Part shown: in pieces, positions 24,601 to 37,800 of the stretch | Layout: every line of letters begins with the position of its first letter | How positions within the stretch are numbered: the first letter of the stretch is position 1 | NCBI GenBank assembly: GCA_002269645.1 | Contig: NIVC01001582.1 | Coordinates: forward strand, 1-56,575 | Length of the DNA: 56,575 bases | Reading direction: 5' to 3' | From: Macrostomum lignano | Taxonomy: Eukaryota | The notes under the pieces: model-generated | Told to the model about the DNA's origin: nothing | Database searches by the model: none | Seen by the model: the letters and a program-made list of their open reading frames with translations, nothing else | Made by a program: the position numbers and the translations under genes

Positions 24601-26397
24601 AGCCAATTTGTGCCGGCCGGTGATCTCGCGGGTATCGCCGAATGTCGGCGACCTGGCGGCACTGGCCTTGTACTTGAAGAAGTTCATTTCCTTCGGGCCC
24701 GGCGGATCCGACTCGCCAACTTGGTAGAGGATGTAGCCGATGAAATGATTTGCTGCCCCCTGCTTTCGCATGTTCTTCTGCATGAGCCCGATGATCACTG
24801 AGCCCAGGTCCTCATCATCGCCCTCATCGGGGTCCACAATTTTCACTTGGAATTGCGGATTCAGCCAAAAGGAGTCCAGGTACTTGCGGCAGCCTCCGGC
24901 GTTCACGTTGCGAACCCAGCTGCCGTGGTGGGTGATGGCTTCCCAGCGCGTCTTTCCCGCGGTGCTGTCCTGTCCGAGGGAGTCGGGACCCAGGTGGCAG
25001 ATCTCAACCTTGTGGAAGTTCTGCGCAAAGTCGTCGAAACTCATCCAGAATTCGCCGTCGTCGGCATTCGACAGGCCGATGCGCTGCTTTTCTTCGGCAC
25101 TTAGCTGGTCCCATTCGCTGGAGTCGTCTCCCCAGCTGCCCTTCCACTCCTCCTCGTTACCCCAAGGATTTCTGATTCTCACAAGACACTCCTCGTCACC
25201 AGACAGCAGTTTTACCTGAGGATTGTTTTACATTTTCAACAGTTACGATACGAGCTCCTTATATATATTTGAGTTTAAGAGAATAATTACCTACCTTTTC
25301 TACAGCCGTAATGGAGTAGGCATGCCCCATGATCAACCCATTTTCCAACCTGGCTTCAATTTGATTGGCATCTGCATTGATTCCGCAGCCCATCAGCGAG
25401 CACCTCTTTGTCGCCTTATGCATAGTCTCAAACAACTCAGCCGAAGGCCCGTTAACAAGATCGAAGAATTCGGTTATTCCTCCAGTAAAGTCCTCCATGG
25501 CCTCGGAGCTGGAGCCACCGACAAGAGCTCGGTAGCTGCCCATTGTTTTGGCATATGCTTTTTCCAGGAGAGCAGACCAGAACTCATCCGAGTCCGCTGA
25601 GTGCATGAAGATCAGCTGGTTAGCATAGGTAGGCAGACGGTCGTCAATCCAGATGTCTTTCCACTCGCCAAACATCCAGAAACGAAACTTGAACATTCCG
25701 CAGTATTTTTTATCGAAAAACTCCTGGTCAGTTGGCACTACTTGGTCGAAGAGGTCCTGGTACATCGACAATGAGGCCACGGCAGCCAACAACCAACAGT
25801 CTCCTAGAACAGAGATTAACTAGCTTTAATTTATTTGAAACTTGAGCATCTGCCGATCTCAGCACCACCCTGACTCGAAGTCCTGGACTCACCGATCGCT
25901 CCTTGACGAACATCAAATCGGCTTGTGCCATCGCTGACAAACTTTGCCGTGTCGCAAAACTCCTGAAATTTATGGAATTAGCCGTGATTATGAGTGTACT
26001 TTTAACAGTGCTATCGTTCTGTGAATAAATGGTTTCATTCTACGGATCGTCTTACTGGAGGTCGCTTCCAGACAATCTCAGATCCCGGAGGGAGGGCTTC
26101 ATACAGGTCATCAGGCAGCACAGAATCGTCGGCCGGAAACTCCAGGTCCTCGAACAGCTCACCCTTGGACCTCAGCTCGTCCTGCTGAGCCAGCAAGCTT
26201 TGCTGGCTTCGCCGCAGCTCCTCCGATACTTTGACAGCCAGTCGATTTGAGCCTTCAAAGAACGCCATGGCTGGTGAGTGTTGAGAGAGAGAACAGCAGC
26301 GACTCAAGCCTGCACTTCGATCTACCTTACCTGGCGCGAACAATTTAGAGGGCTCGTAGGGGTGCACAGAGGGTGGCTGCCATTCAGCCGATTCCAT
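21668..26397 (-). CDS. Classical calpain (CysPc - C2-like domain III - penta-EF-hand), 9 exons, ~738 aa
   Basis: Exons 26397..26331, 26270..26056, 25962..25893, 25803..25295, 25215..24469, 24323..24128, 24041..23832, 21981..21806, 21694..21668 = 2217 nt, in phase. Catalytic triad: QGAIGDCWLLAA (Cys), GHAYSIT (His), RIRNPWG (Asn). Also FWLNPQF, YIIVPSTF, EF hands DVDQSGYLQFDEF and DADSSGDFNSFEL, and C-terminus SLDE|LLQLALYS*. The start could instead be MAFFEG at 26268. Confidence 0.95.
22028..23640. mobile_element. Putative non-autonomous DNA element in calpain intron 7 (inverted repeats, hairpins, degenerate coding remnant)
   Basis: Imperfect inverted repeat 22255-22375 vs 23485-23605 (CAGGTTTTACC(G/T)AAAGACTACATT(A/T)CGG); hairpin 22391-22464; broken coding-like segment 22776-23198 ending GTFSGCTFNVYYK*. 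Boundaries are approximate. Confidence 0.55.
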
Positions 26398-27398
26398 TAT
26401 TCCCGCCAGTTTTCTTGAGCGCGCGGTATCTCAACCAGACACAGTTGAGAGCCGGGGTTCGCTGGGGACATGCAGGGTCCGCAGAGGGGGGCACATTGTC
26501 TGCCTGCAGCTGCTGCAATAGAAACTGCACTGGGGTGCTATAGCAAGACTCAAGACTAGGGCGCCAATGAAGCTCTCTGTTACTCAGCGAATGCAGAAGC
26601 TCGAGCTTTCTCTCGAGAAGGGGTCTGCCTACAATGAATGGCTCGGGTAGGAAATGAATAAGCATTACAAATTAAAAAGAGGAGCGTGCAGAAAGACAAG
26701 CGTAGCACGCAGCACAGCAGCACACTACCAGGCCATTATAAAACGAGATATGGCTCGTAAGAATAGCAAAGGAATCATGAATTGCTATTTGCTGGCAGCC
26801 GAATTTTTTTATTAAAGTTCATTTATGTAATATAAAAATGTACAATCACGGTATATGCCTCACAAAATCAATGGATTTAAAGCTTTCTAATTTACATAAT
26901 GTATAATAATAATATATACAACCTTAGTTCATAATGTATGAAAGCTATGAAAAAACTGTCAATATTTCAAAGCTGTAGTCTTCGTACGAGTAAATCGCCG
27001 TAAGTAAATTGCAGGAAATCTGACATTTAATTGTCAAATTATGCTGCTCTGTTGTTTTTCTAGCTTTGCATAGCTTTTTACTATGTCTACTTCAGGTTTA
27101 ACAATCCGTCAAAAAAACTGCGGAAAAATGGTTAAGCGTAGCCGACTTTACTCTGCAATCGATTTCAGGATTTGTTCGCTACTTGCTACTGTAAGTAGAT
27201 ATATAAGTTCAGTAGTAGTGTAGCAAGATAGTGCAAAATAAATGTTGCATACTAACTTGTCAGCGGCATGACATCTATATTTAGGGACATTTCATTTCCT
27301 TGTTGATACAGAAATGGGACATAGCTCGTAGAATAGAAGCGAAATTTGTAAAATAAGACTTAGAATTTCGACGTAGATTCGAATCAAATGATGTGAAG

Positions 27399-27825
27399 CA
27401 GGGATGTCGATTCCCCGGGGAACCCTCTCATCGGGGACCCCGGGGAAAAAAAATAAGTAAAAAACGGCGGATAACTTAAATCAAAGTGAAAAAAATTATC
27501 TTGCAGATAAATCACCGTTTTGTCCTTGTCTAATAAGGACTAAGGAGTATTTTGACAAAGGTGCGCGCACGATTTGATGCTGCTACGTTGTCAAATACAG
27601 TTTTAAATAAACATTGTTTAAAGTTTTTACCCTTGCGCGTTGAACATGTAGTCCAAGGCTTAAATCAATCAAAGTAAAAAAATGCCACTTAAGATGTGGC
27701 ATTAATGCCACTTAATTCTCCGCCGTTTTTTACTTATTTTTTCTTTTCCCCGAGGTCGCGGGGGAATGACAGTAAATTCTCCGGGGTCCCCGACAAGAAA
27801 ATTCCCCGGGGAATCGACATCCCTG
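27399..27825. mobile_element. MITE with long terminal inverted repeats (hAT-like CAGGG ends)
   Basis: Starts CAGGGATGTCGATTCCCCGGGGAA and ends TTCCCCGGGGAATCGACATCCCTG (perfect 24-bp TIR); subterminal IR AAAAAATAAGTAAAAAACGGCGGA. No TSD recognised. Confidence 0.85.
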
Positions 27826-29281
27826 CATGACACTATGTCCTATAGACTATAGTCCCAAGCTAAGCCCAAGCTGTAATTTAATCGAAGCTACAATACCAGC
27901 ATGAACTTAAATCAAATTCGCTATTCCGTTTAGAATTCAGACCAGACTCAGACTGGGTTCGACTTTCGATTTTCGAACTTTCTAAAATAGAAAATGGCGC
28001 CACTTTGATATTAGATGTAAGAAAAATAGAATGACTGAAGTAAACAGCTATTAATCTAATCTCGTTTTTATAGAACCAGTTCGCTCTAACTGCGTCATTT
28101 GCCTTTGGAATTTTTAAAGTAGCAGTAGCAATAACATTTTCAGACAGAAGGTACGAGGGCAAAAGACAAGAGACAAAAAACAGATAGTTAACCAGTACCA
28201 TAACCATACCAACGGAAAAACACAAGCTTGTTTTTCTGCTTCGCCTTTCCGTCCATTTTGCATAGCTTTGCCTTTGAGCCTTTATTCTAGAGAGGTCTAG
28301 TACGAAAGAACTAAAAAAGAGAGGCTAACAGCTGTTTCCAGTGTACAGCTTGTGTTTTCTGTACACTGTATGGCAAGGCAAAACCTCAGCTGGACCTAAT
28401 CGATATTTCTCGTCTTTCCAACTGTCTCCTTTCTCTTTCCAACCCACAACACACTGGCTAAGCGCTGACTAAGAAAATAGCTATCGTCCAAGGCCCAAGC
28501 CAAACTCTGGGTATGAAAACTCTTTCCGAAAAGGCTGATATAGAGTGTACATTTGTTAGTGTACACTCTTATCTTCTGTAGGGAATGCTGAGGCCACTGG
28601 TTTATCGATTTTCCGTCTCTCCCTTCCCTCATTCACCCTGTCCCTAGCTGCTGGCTCTTGTAGATAGAATAGGCAGGGGGAGTCGTTTGTGGAGCATCCA
28701 GTAATTAGAGCACGGAGAGGAGCGGGTCGGGGTAGAGTGTAGACTCCTCTTCGTCTTCGCCTCGTCCGCTGTTGCCTGTGCATGCGATTTGAGTCATACC
28801 ATGGCAATCGGCAAGCAAGCAGGCCAGGCAGAGACGGTACACTGCATTTGGCTGCAAACATTTTTTATCACAACTGGTTTTAGACTGTCGACGAGAATAT
28901 AGCCTATAGGTGAACTGCGCGAAGCATACAGATTGAACCGGATATGTGCAATAAAGCAATATTGATTTTGAAAATTAAATTCTTCACTAAGTTACGTAGG
29001 GCTATATCTATTAAATGTAATAACAGCAAGGATAAGAGTTTGTGCTTGCGAAGATAATGCTAATTTGATGGGATGTTAATTGGGAAACAAATGCAAACCG
29101 CGTCGCTGTCATGACGCCGATGAAACGGTTCAAACGAACTTAAAATTATATTTATTGACCGAGGGCAACAACTAAAGTTCCACATGACAAGAATGGGTGC
29201 GAATCAAGGGCAAGAAAATCATGTGACTCTCAGGGGTAGGTGGGGTGGGGGTTGGTTGGATGGGGGGTTGGTTTGTGGGGT

Positions 29282-29521
29282 TGACGTGGCATCTTGGAAA
29301 CCCTTTCCCGTGCCAGTCCAAACCTGCCACGCGGAAAGCGCATGACTGATAAGAGCCGAGTAAGTACACTCTACGAGCGCGTATTGGCCCACTATTGGTT
29401 AAAGTGAAGGCCAAACCACGTACAAGATTCAACGTCAGCTGCGCGTAGTCAAAACGACGACAGTAAAAATAGTCTTTGAATCATAGACTACGACAACCCC
29501 CCCAAACGCCTCTCTATAAAA
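29282..29521 (+). promoter_or_regulatory. Polyubiquitin promoter: TATA box, two inverted CCAAT boxes, TGACGTGG element
   Basis: TATAAAA at 29515-29521, ~110 nt upstream of the ATG; ATTGG at 29383 and 29394; TGACGTGG at 29282; ACGTCA at 29432. Confidence 0.55.
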
Positions 29522-29613
29522 CAAAGCTGCGGAGCGGGCTTTCTTGTCAAGCCATCGTTTTCAAAGCGAAACGTCTCGAAGTTACAAGCTTCTTACAAAC
29601 CATTCAATTCTAA

Positions 29614-30771
<1,158 letters not shown>

Positions 30772-31539
30772 ACTTGTGAACGGAATATTCTGAGCGCGTG
30801 TGACGCTATTTGACATTATCAAGAGAAATTAACCTAGTATAACAGTTTAGTTTCAACTTTCCTCTTATTAATATAAAAGATTAAACAAAACAAGCAATCT
30901 CTTGTCAAAACCAGTCAAACCGCTTTTAATGGTTCAGTTTGATACCAAAATCTGTATCAATAACCCGAATGTCCTTTTCAATACTAGCTTTCGAATAGCA
31001 ACAAGAAAATAAACCGAGTTTTACCACCAGCAGAAATAATAGTTCTCGAAATCGAACTTGCATTACTAAGTTTTCTGTTTTGTTCTTAATTATTTGCTGT
31101 TAGTGTTGTACGAAAGCATAGATTTGTTTAAATACGGTGATACTCTGCAGAAGCAAATGACTGCTGATCTTCGGTTTTTTCCTTGATCTCGATCGCATTG
31201 TCTTCAGTCTAGGCTGGCCTCTCCTGACCCAACCCCATCTCTTGATATTTCACCCAGATTTTTTATTTTACTTTTACTGTAAAATCAGGTGATCCGTGTC
31301 ATCTTAAAAGGAAGGTGATTTATCTGGGGAAGCAATCCAGATTGTTCAACGGATCAGGACCAGGCTATTATAAAGTGACCCGCGGCATTCACTTGTTTGC
31401 CGCTGTGAATAGTGATGGGATGATTTAGTCAGGTATTTGTTATCAGATCTACAAGGCGTAGTTCCTGTTGTACTACATGTATAATGTCAATATTTGTCAA
31501 TGTCAATATAATATCAAAGAGTGCAGTAGTGTTGACCAC

Positions 31540-32190
31540 TCTCACCATCGCGATCTTCCCACCACTCACCGGCACTCCTACCACCACTCACCGTCACTCT
31601 TCCCACCACTCACCGACACTCTTACCACGACTCACCGTCACTCTTACCACCACACCGTCACTCTTGCCACCACTCACCGTCACTCTTCCCACCACTCACC
31701 GTCACTCTTACCACCACTCACTGCCACTCTTCCCACCACTCACCGTCACTCTTACCACCACTCACCGCCACTCTTACCACCACTCACCGTCACTCTTACC
31801 ACCACTCACCGTCACTCTTACCACCACTCACCGCCACTCTTACCACCACTCACCGCCACTCTTACCACCACTCACCGTCACTCTTACCACCACTCACCGC
31901 CACTCTTACCACCACTCACCGCCACTCTTACCACCACTCACCGTCACTCTTACCACCACTCACCGCCACTCTTACCACCACTCACCGCCACTCTTACCAC
32001 CACTCACCGTCTGCACTCTTCCCACCACTCACCGGCACTCTTCCCACCACTCACCGGCACTCTTCCCCCCTGCTTGCCCAACCATGGTCAAATCATGCAT
32101 GAACCGGGGGACAACAACCATGGAGGGCAACCACTTCCCACCACTCACCGTCTGCACTCGATCTCACCACTCACCGGCACTCTTCCCACC
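31540..32190. repeat. 22-bp minisatellite (ACCACTCACCGTCACTCTTACC)n
   Basis: 22-bp period with degenerate edges. Confidence 0.95.
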
Positions 32191-32559
32191 ACGCACGCCC
32201 CGGATGTCGGCAGAGTCCCAAGCTAACGGGTTTGCACTTTAACCCAGGCTGCCTAACAGCATTCAGATGCGAGCTAGATTGGTATCCTGCTCAAAAACCG
32301 GCATGTCATGTCTGCCCGATGGCCCACACGAACTGCGCGAGTTTATGCAAATTGAGCCGCCAAGGGGCAGGCAGAAAGCGGCTTTCAAAGCGGGCTGCCT
32401 TGGCGAGGCGCTGACTTAATTGACCAATGCACAGAATATTTATGGGAAATAAGGCGAGTGGGAAGCTATTAAACAAAATCAACCCGATTCCCAACTGAAA
32501 AGGCCTCAGATGGACAAGGGTGAGCTTGGCCGCCCGCGATTTCAGTTGGTCACTACATT

Positions 32560-34580
32560 TTCAAGTATCTTTCAGTGGGTTGCCACAAACCTCCAATCAT
32601 TCATGGGTTGCCACAAACCCCAAATCATTCATGGGTTGCCACAAACCCCAAATCATTCATGGGTTGCCACAAACCCCAAATCATCCAGTGGGTTGCCACA
32701 AACCCCAAATCATTCTGGGTTGCCACAAACCCCAAATCATCCAGTGGGTTGCGACAAACCCCAAATCATTCAGTGGGTTGCCACAAACCCCAAATCATTC
32801 AGTGGGTTGCCACAAACCCCAAATCATCCAGTAGGTTGCGACAAACCCCAAATCATTCAGTGGGTTGCGACAAACCCCAAATCATTCAGTGGGTTGCCAC
32901 AAACCCCAAATCATTCAGCGGGTTGCCACAAACCCCAAATCATTCAGTGGGTTGCCACAAACCCCAAATCATCCAGTGGGTTGCGACAAACCCCAAATCA
33001 TCCAGTGGGTTGCCACAAACCCCAAATCATTCAGCGGGTTGCCACAAACCCCAAATCATGCAGTGGGTTGCCACAAACCCCAAATCATTCAGTGGGTTAC
33101 CACAAACCCCAAATCATTCAGTAGGTTGCGACAAACCCCAAATCATTCAGTAGGTTGCGACAAACCCCAAATCATTCAGTAGGTTGCCACAAACCCCAAA
33201 TCATTCAGTAGGTTGCCACAAACCCCAAATCATTCAGTGGGTTGCCACAAACCCCAAATCATTCTGGGTTGCCACAAACCCCAAATCATTCAGTAGGTTG
33301 CCACAAACCCCAAATCATTCAGTGGGTTGCCACAAACCCCAAATCATCCGGTGGGTTGCCACAAACCCCAAATCATCCAGTGGGTTGCCACAAACCCCAA
33401 ATCATCCAGTGGGTTGCCACAAACCCCAATCCACTCAGTGGGTTGCCACAAACCCCAAATCATCCAGTGGGTTGCCACAAACCCCAAATCATCCAGTGGG
33501 TTGCGACAAACCCCAAATCATTCAGTGGGTTGCCACAAACCCCAAATCATTCAGCGGGTTGCCACAAACCCCAAATCATTCAGCGGGTTGCCACAAACCC
33601 CAAATCATCCAGTGGGTTGCGACAAACCCCAAATCATCCAGTGGGTTGCCACAAACCCCAAATCATTCAGCGGGTTGCCACAAACCCCAAATCATGCAGT
33701 GGGTTGCCACAAACCCCAAATCATTCAGTGGGTTGCCACAAACCCCAAATCATTCAGTGGGTTGCCACAAACCCCAAATCATTCAGTAGGTTGCGACAAA
33801 CCCCAAATCATTCAGTAGGTTGCGACAAACCCCAAATCATTCAGTAGGTTGCCACAAACCCCAAATCATTCAGTAGGTTGCCACAAACCCCAAATCATTC
33901 AGTGGGTTGCCACAAACCCCAAATCATCCGGTGGGTTGCCACAAACCCCAAATCATCCAGTGGGTTGCCACAAACCCCAAATCATCCAGTGGATTGCCAC
34001 AAACCCCAAATCATTCAGTGGGTTGCCACAAACCCCAAATCATCCAGTAGGTTGCGACAAACCCCAAATCATTCAGTAGGTTGCGACAAACCCCAAATCA
34101 TTCAGTAGGTTGCCACAAACCCCAAATCATTCAGTAGGTTGCCACAAACCCCAAATCATTCAGTGGGTTGCCACAAACCCCAAATCATCCGGTGGGTTGC
34201 CACAAACCCCAAATCATCCAGTGGGTTGCCACAAACCCCAAATCATCCAGTGGGTTGCCACAAACTCCAATCCACTCAGTGGGTTGCCACAAACCCCAAA
34301 TCATCCAGTGGGTTGCCACAAACCCCAAATCATCCAGTGGGTTGCCACAAACCCCAAATCATCCAGTGGGTTGCCACAAACCCCAAATCATTCAGTAGGT
34401 TGCGACAAACCCCAAATCATTCAGCGGGTTGCCACAAACCCCAAATCATTCAGTGGGTTGCGACAAACCCCAAATCATTCAGCGGGTTGCCAAAAACCCC
34501 AAATCATCCAGTGGGTTGCGACAAACCCCAAATCATTCAGTGGGTTGCCACAAACCCCAATCCACTCAGTGGGTTGCCCC
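32560..34580. repeat. 29-bp satellite (GTGGGTTGCCACAAACCCCAAATCATTCA)n, ~70 copies
   Basis: 29-bp period; variant blocks recur. Confidence 0.98.
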
Positions 34581-34828
34581 AAACCCTAATCCACTGCCCA
34601 TTTTCCATTCCGTTTCAGTTTAGCAAGAGGCCAAAACCATAATTTCACTTCAAGTCCTTTTTTCTTAGAAGCAGACGGCACGTTGGCGTCGATAACCAGC
34701 ATCAGAGCCAGTATATTTGGTTAATAAAGACAAAAATGGTTCCAATCGGAAAGAGAAATGTTTCAAAATTTGAATTATAAACAAAATTTAATGATGAAAT
34801 ATTAAAATGAAGAAGTCTTCCACGGGGC

Positions 34829-37800
34829 TCAGGGCTTCGCTTCTTGGGGCGCCTCCTGCTTGAAGTCTGAGCGCATGATGTACAGTAGGAAGGCGAGGAA
34901 CTGCAGCACGGCGGCGGCCACGGCCACCCAGTAGGACCAGCGCAGCGAGTTGCGGTGCGCCCGGTTCGCGTCCCCGTGGCTCACGAAGTCGCCCCAGACG
35001 GCCACGGCCACCAGGAGGCACAGAACTGCGCGAGCGAGGATGAGGGCGACAAGAAGGTTTGGGACTAGGTGTACATTATGACTAGGTGTACACGGTGCGT
35101 GAGAGGGCCAGGGGTTTGAGTTATGTCATAAATAGTGCAAAGCAATTTCCGATACAGAAGTCACACTACAGAATACAGAAATACAGAATACAGAATACAG
35201 CACACTACAGACTCTCAAAGTACAGCACACTGCGGACTCTCAAATACAGCACACTACAGACTCTCAAAGTACAGCACACTGCGGACTCTCAAATACAGCA
35301 CACTACAGACTCTCAAAGTACAGCACACTATTGCAGACTCTCAAAGTACAGCACACTGCGGACTCTCAAATACAGCACACTACAGACTCTCAAAGTACAG
35401 CACACTATTGCAGACTCTCAAAGTACAGCACACTGCGGACTCTCAAAGTACAGCACACTATTGCAGACTCTCAAAGTACAGCACACTGCGGACTCTCAAA
35501 TACAGCACACTACAGACTCTCAAAGTACAGCACACTGCGGACTCTCAAATACAGCACACTACAGACTCTCAAAGTACAGCACACTGCGGACTCTCAAATA
35601 CAGCACACTACAGACTCTCAAAGTACAGCACACTATTGCAGACTCTCAAAGTACAGCACACTGCGGACTCTCAAATACAGCACACTACAGACTCTCAAAG
35701 TACAGCACACTGCGGACTCTCAAAGTACAGCACACTGCGGACTCTCAAATACAGCACACTACTGCAGACTCTCAAAGTACAGCACACTGCAGACTCTCAA
35801 ATACAGCACACTACTGCAGACTCTCAAAGTACAGCACACTGCAGACTCTCAAAGTACAGCACATTACTGCAGACTCTCAAAGTACAGCACACTGCAGACT
35901 CTCAAATACAGCACACTACTGCAGACTCTCAAAGTACAGCACACTGCAGACTCTCAAAGTACAGCACATTACTGCAGACTCTCAAAGTACAGCACACTGC
36001 AGACTCTCAAATACAGCACACTACTGCAGACTCTCAAAGTACAGCACATTACTGCAGACTCTCAAAGTACAGCACACTGCGCACTCTCAAATACAGCACA
36101 CTGCAGACTCTCAAAGTACAGCACACTGCGCACTCTCAAATACAGCACACTGCAGACTCTCAAAGTACAGCACACTGTAGACTCTCAAAGTACAGGACAC
36201 TGCAGACTCTCAAAGTACAGCACACTGCAGACTCTCAAAGTACAGCACACTGCAGACTCTCAAAGTACAGCACACTGCAGACTCTCAAAGTACAGGACAC
36301 TGCAGACTCTCAAAGTACAGCACACTGCGGACTCTCAAATACAGCACACTGCAGACTCTCAAAGTACAGCACATGCAGACTCTCAAAGTACAGCACACTA
36401 CAGACTCTCAAAGTACAGCACACTACAGACTCTCAAAGTACAGCACACTGCAGACTCTCAAAGTACAGCACACTACTGCAGACTCTCAAAGTACAGCACA
36501 CTACTGCAGACTCTCAAAGTACAGCACACTGCGCACTCTCAAAGTACAGCACACTACTGCAGACTCTCAAAGTACAGCACACTGCAGACTCTCAAAGTAC
36601 AGCACACTGCAGACTCTCAAAGTACAGCACACTGCAGACTCTCAAAGTACAGCACACTACTGCAGACTCTCAAAGTACAGCACACTGCGGACTCTCAAAT
36701 ACAGCACACTACAGACTCTCAAAGTACAGCACACTGCGGACTCTCAAAGTACAGCACACTGCGGACTCTCAAATACAGCACACTACTGCAGACTCTCAAA
36801 GTACAGCACACTGCAGACTCTCAAAGTACAGCACACTACTGCAGACTCTCAAAGTACAGCACACTGCAGACTCTCAAAGTACAGCACACTGCAGACTCTC
36901 AAAGTACAGCACACTGCAGACTCTCAAAGTACAGCACACTGCAGACTCTCAAAGTACAGCACACTACTGCAGACTCTCAAAGTACAGCACACTGCGGACT
37001 CTCAAAGTACAGCACACTGCAGACTCTCAAAGTACAGCACACTGCAGACTCTCAAAGTACAGGACACTGCAGACTCTCAAAGTACAGCACACTGCGGACT
37101 CTCAAATACAGCACACTGCAGACTCTCAAAGTACAGCACATGCAGACTCTCAAAGTACAGCACACTACAGACTCTCAAAGTACAGCACACTACAGACTCT
37201 CAAAGTACAGCACACTGCAGACTCTCAAAGTACAGCACACTACTGCAGACTCTCAAAGTACAGCACACTACTGCAGACTCTCAAAGTACAGCACACTGCG
37301 CACTCTCAAAGTACAGCACACTACTGCAGACTCTCAAAGTACAGCACACTGCAGACTCTCAAAGTACAGCACACTGCAGACTCTCAAAGTACAGCATACT
37401 GCAGACTCTCAAAGTACAGCACACTATTGCAGACTCTCAAAGTACAGCACACTGCGGACTCTCAAATACAGCACACTACAGACTCTCAAAGTACAGCACA
37501 CTGCGGACTCTCAAAGTACAGCACACTGCAGACTCTCAAATACAGCACACTACTGCAGACTCTCAAAGTACAGCACACTGCAGACTCTCAAAGTACAGCA
37601 CACTACTGCAGACTCTCAAAGTACAGCACACTGCAGACTCTCAAAGTACAGCACACTGCAGACTCTCAAAGTACAGCACACTGCAGACTCTCAAAGTACA
37701 GCACACTGCAGACTCTCAAAGTACAGCACACTACTGCAGACTCTCAAAGTACAGCACACTGCGGACTCTCAAAGTACAGCACACTGCAGACTCTCAAAGT

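Noticed and set aside
28400-28900. Possible retroelement fragment
   Set aside because: No RT, endonuclease or integrase motif recognised.
32510-34642. Many overlapping ORFs in the 29-bp array
   Set aside because: Satellite translations; the unit length is not a multiple of 3 and variants introduce stops.
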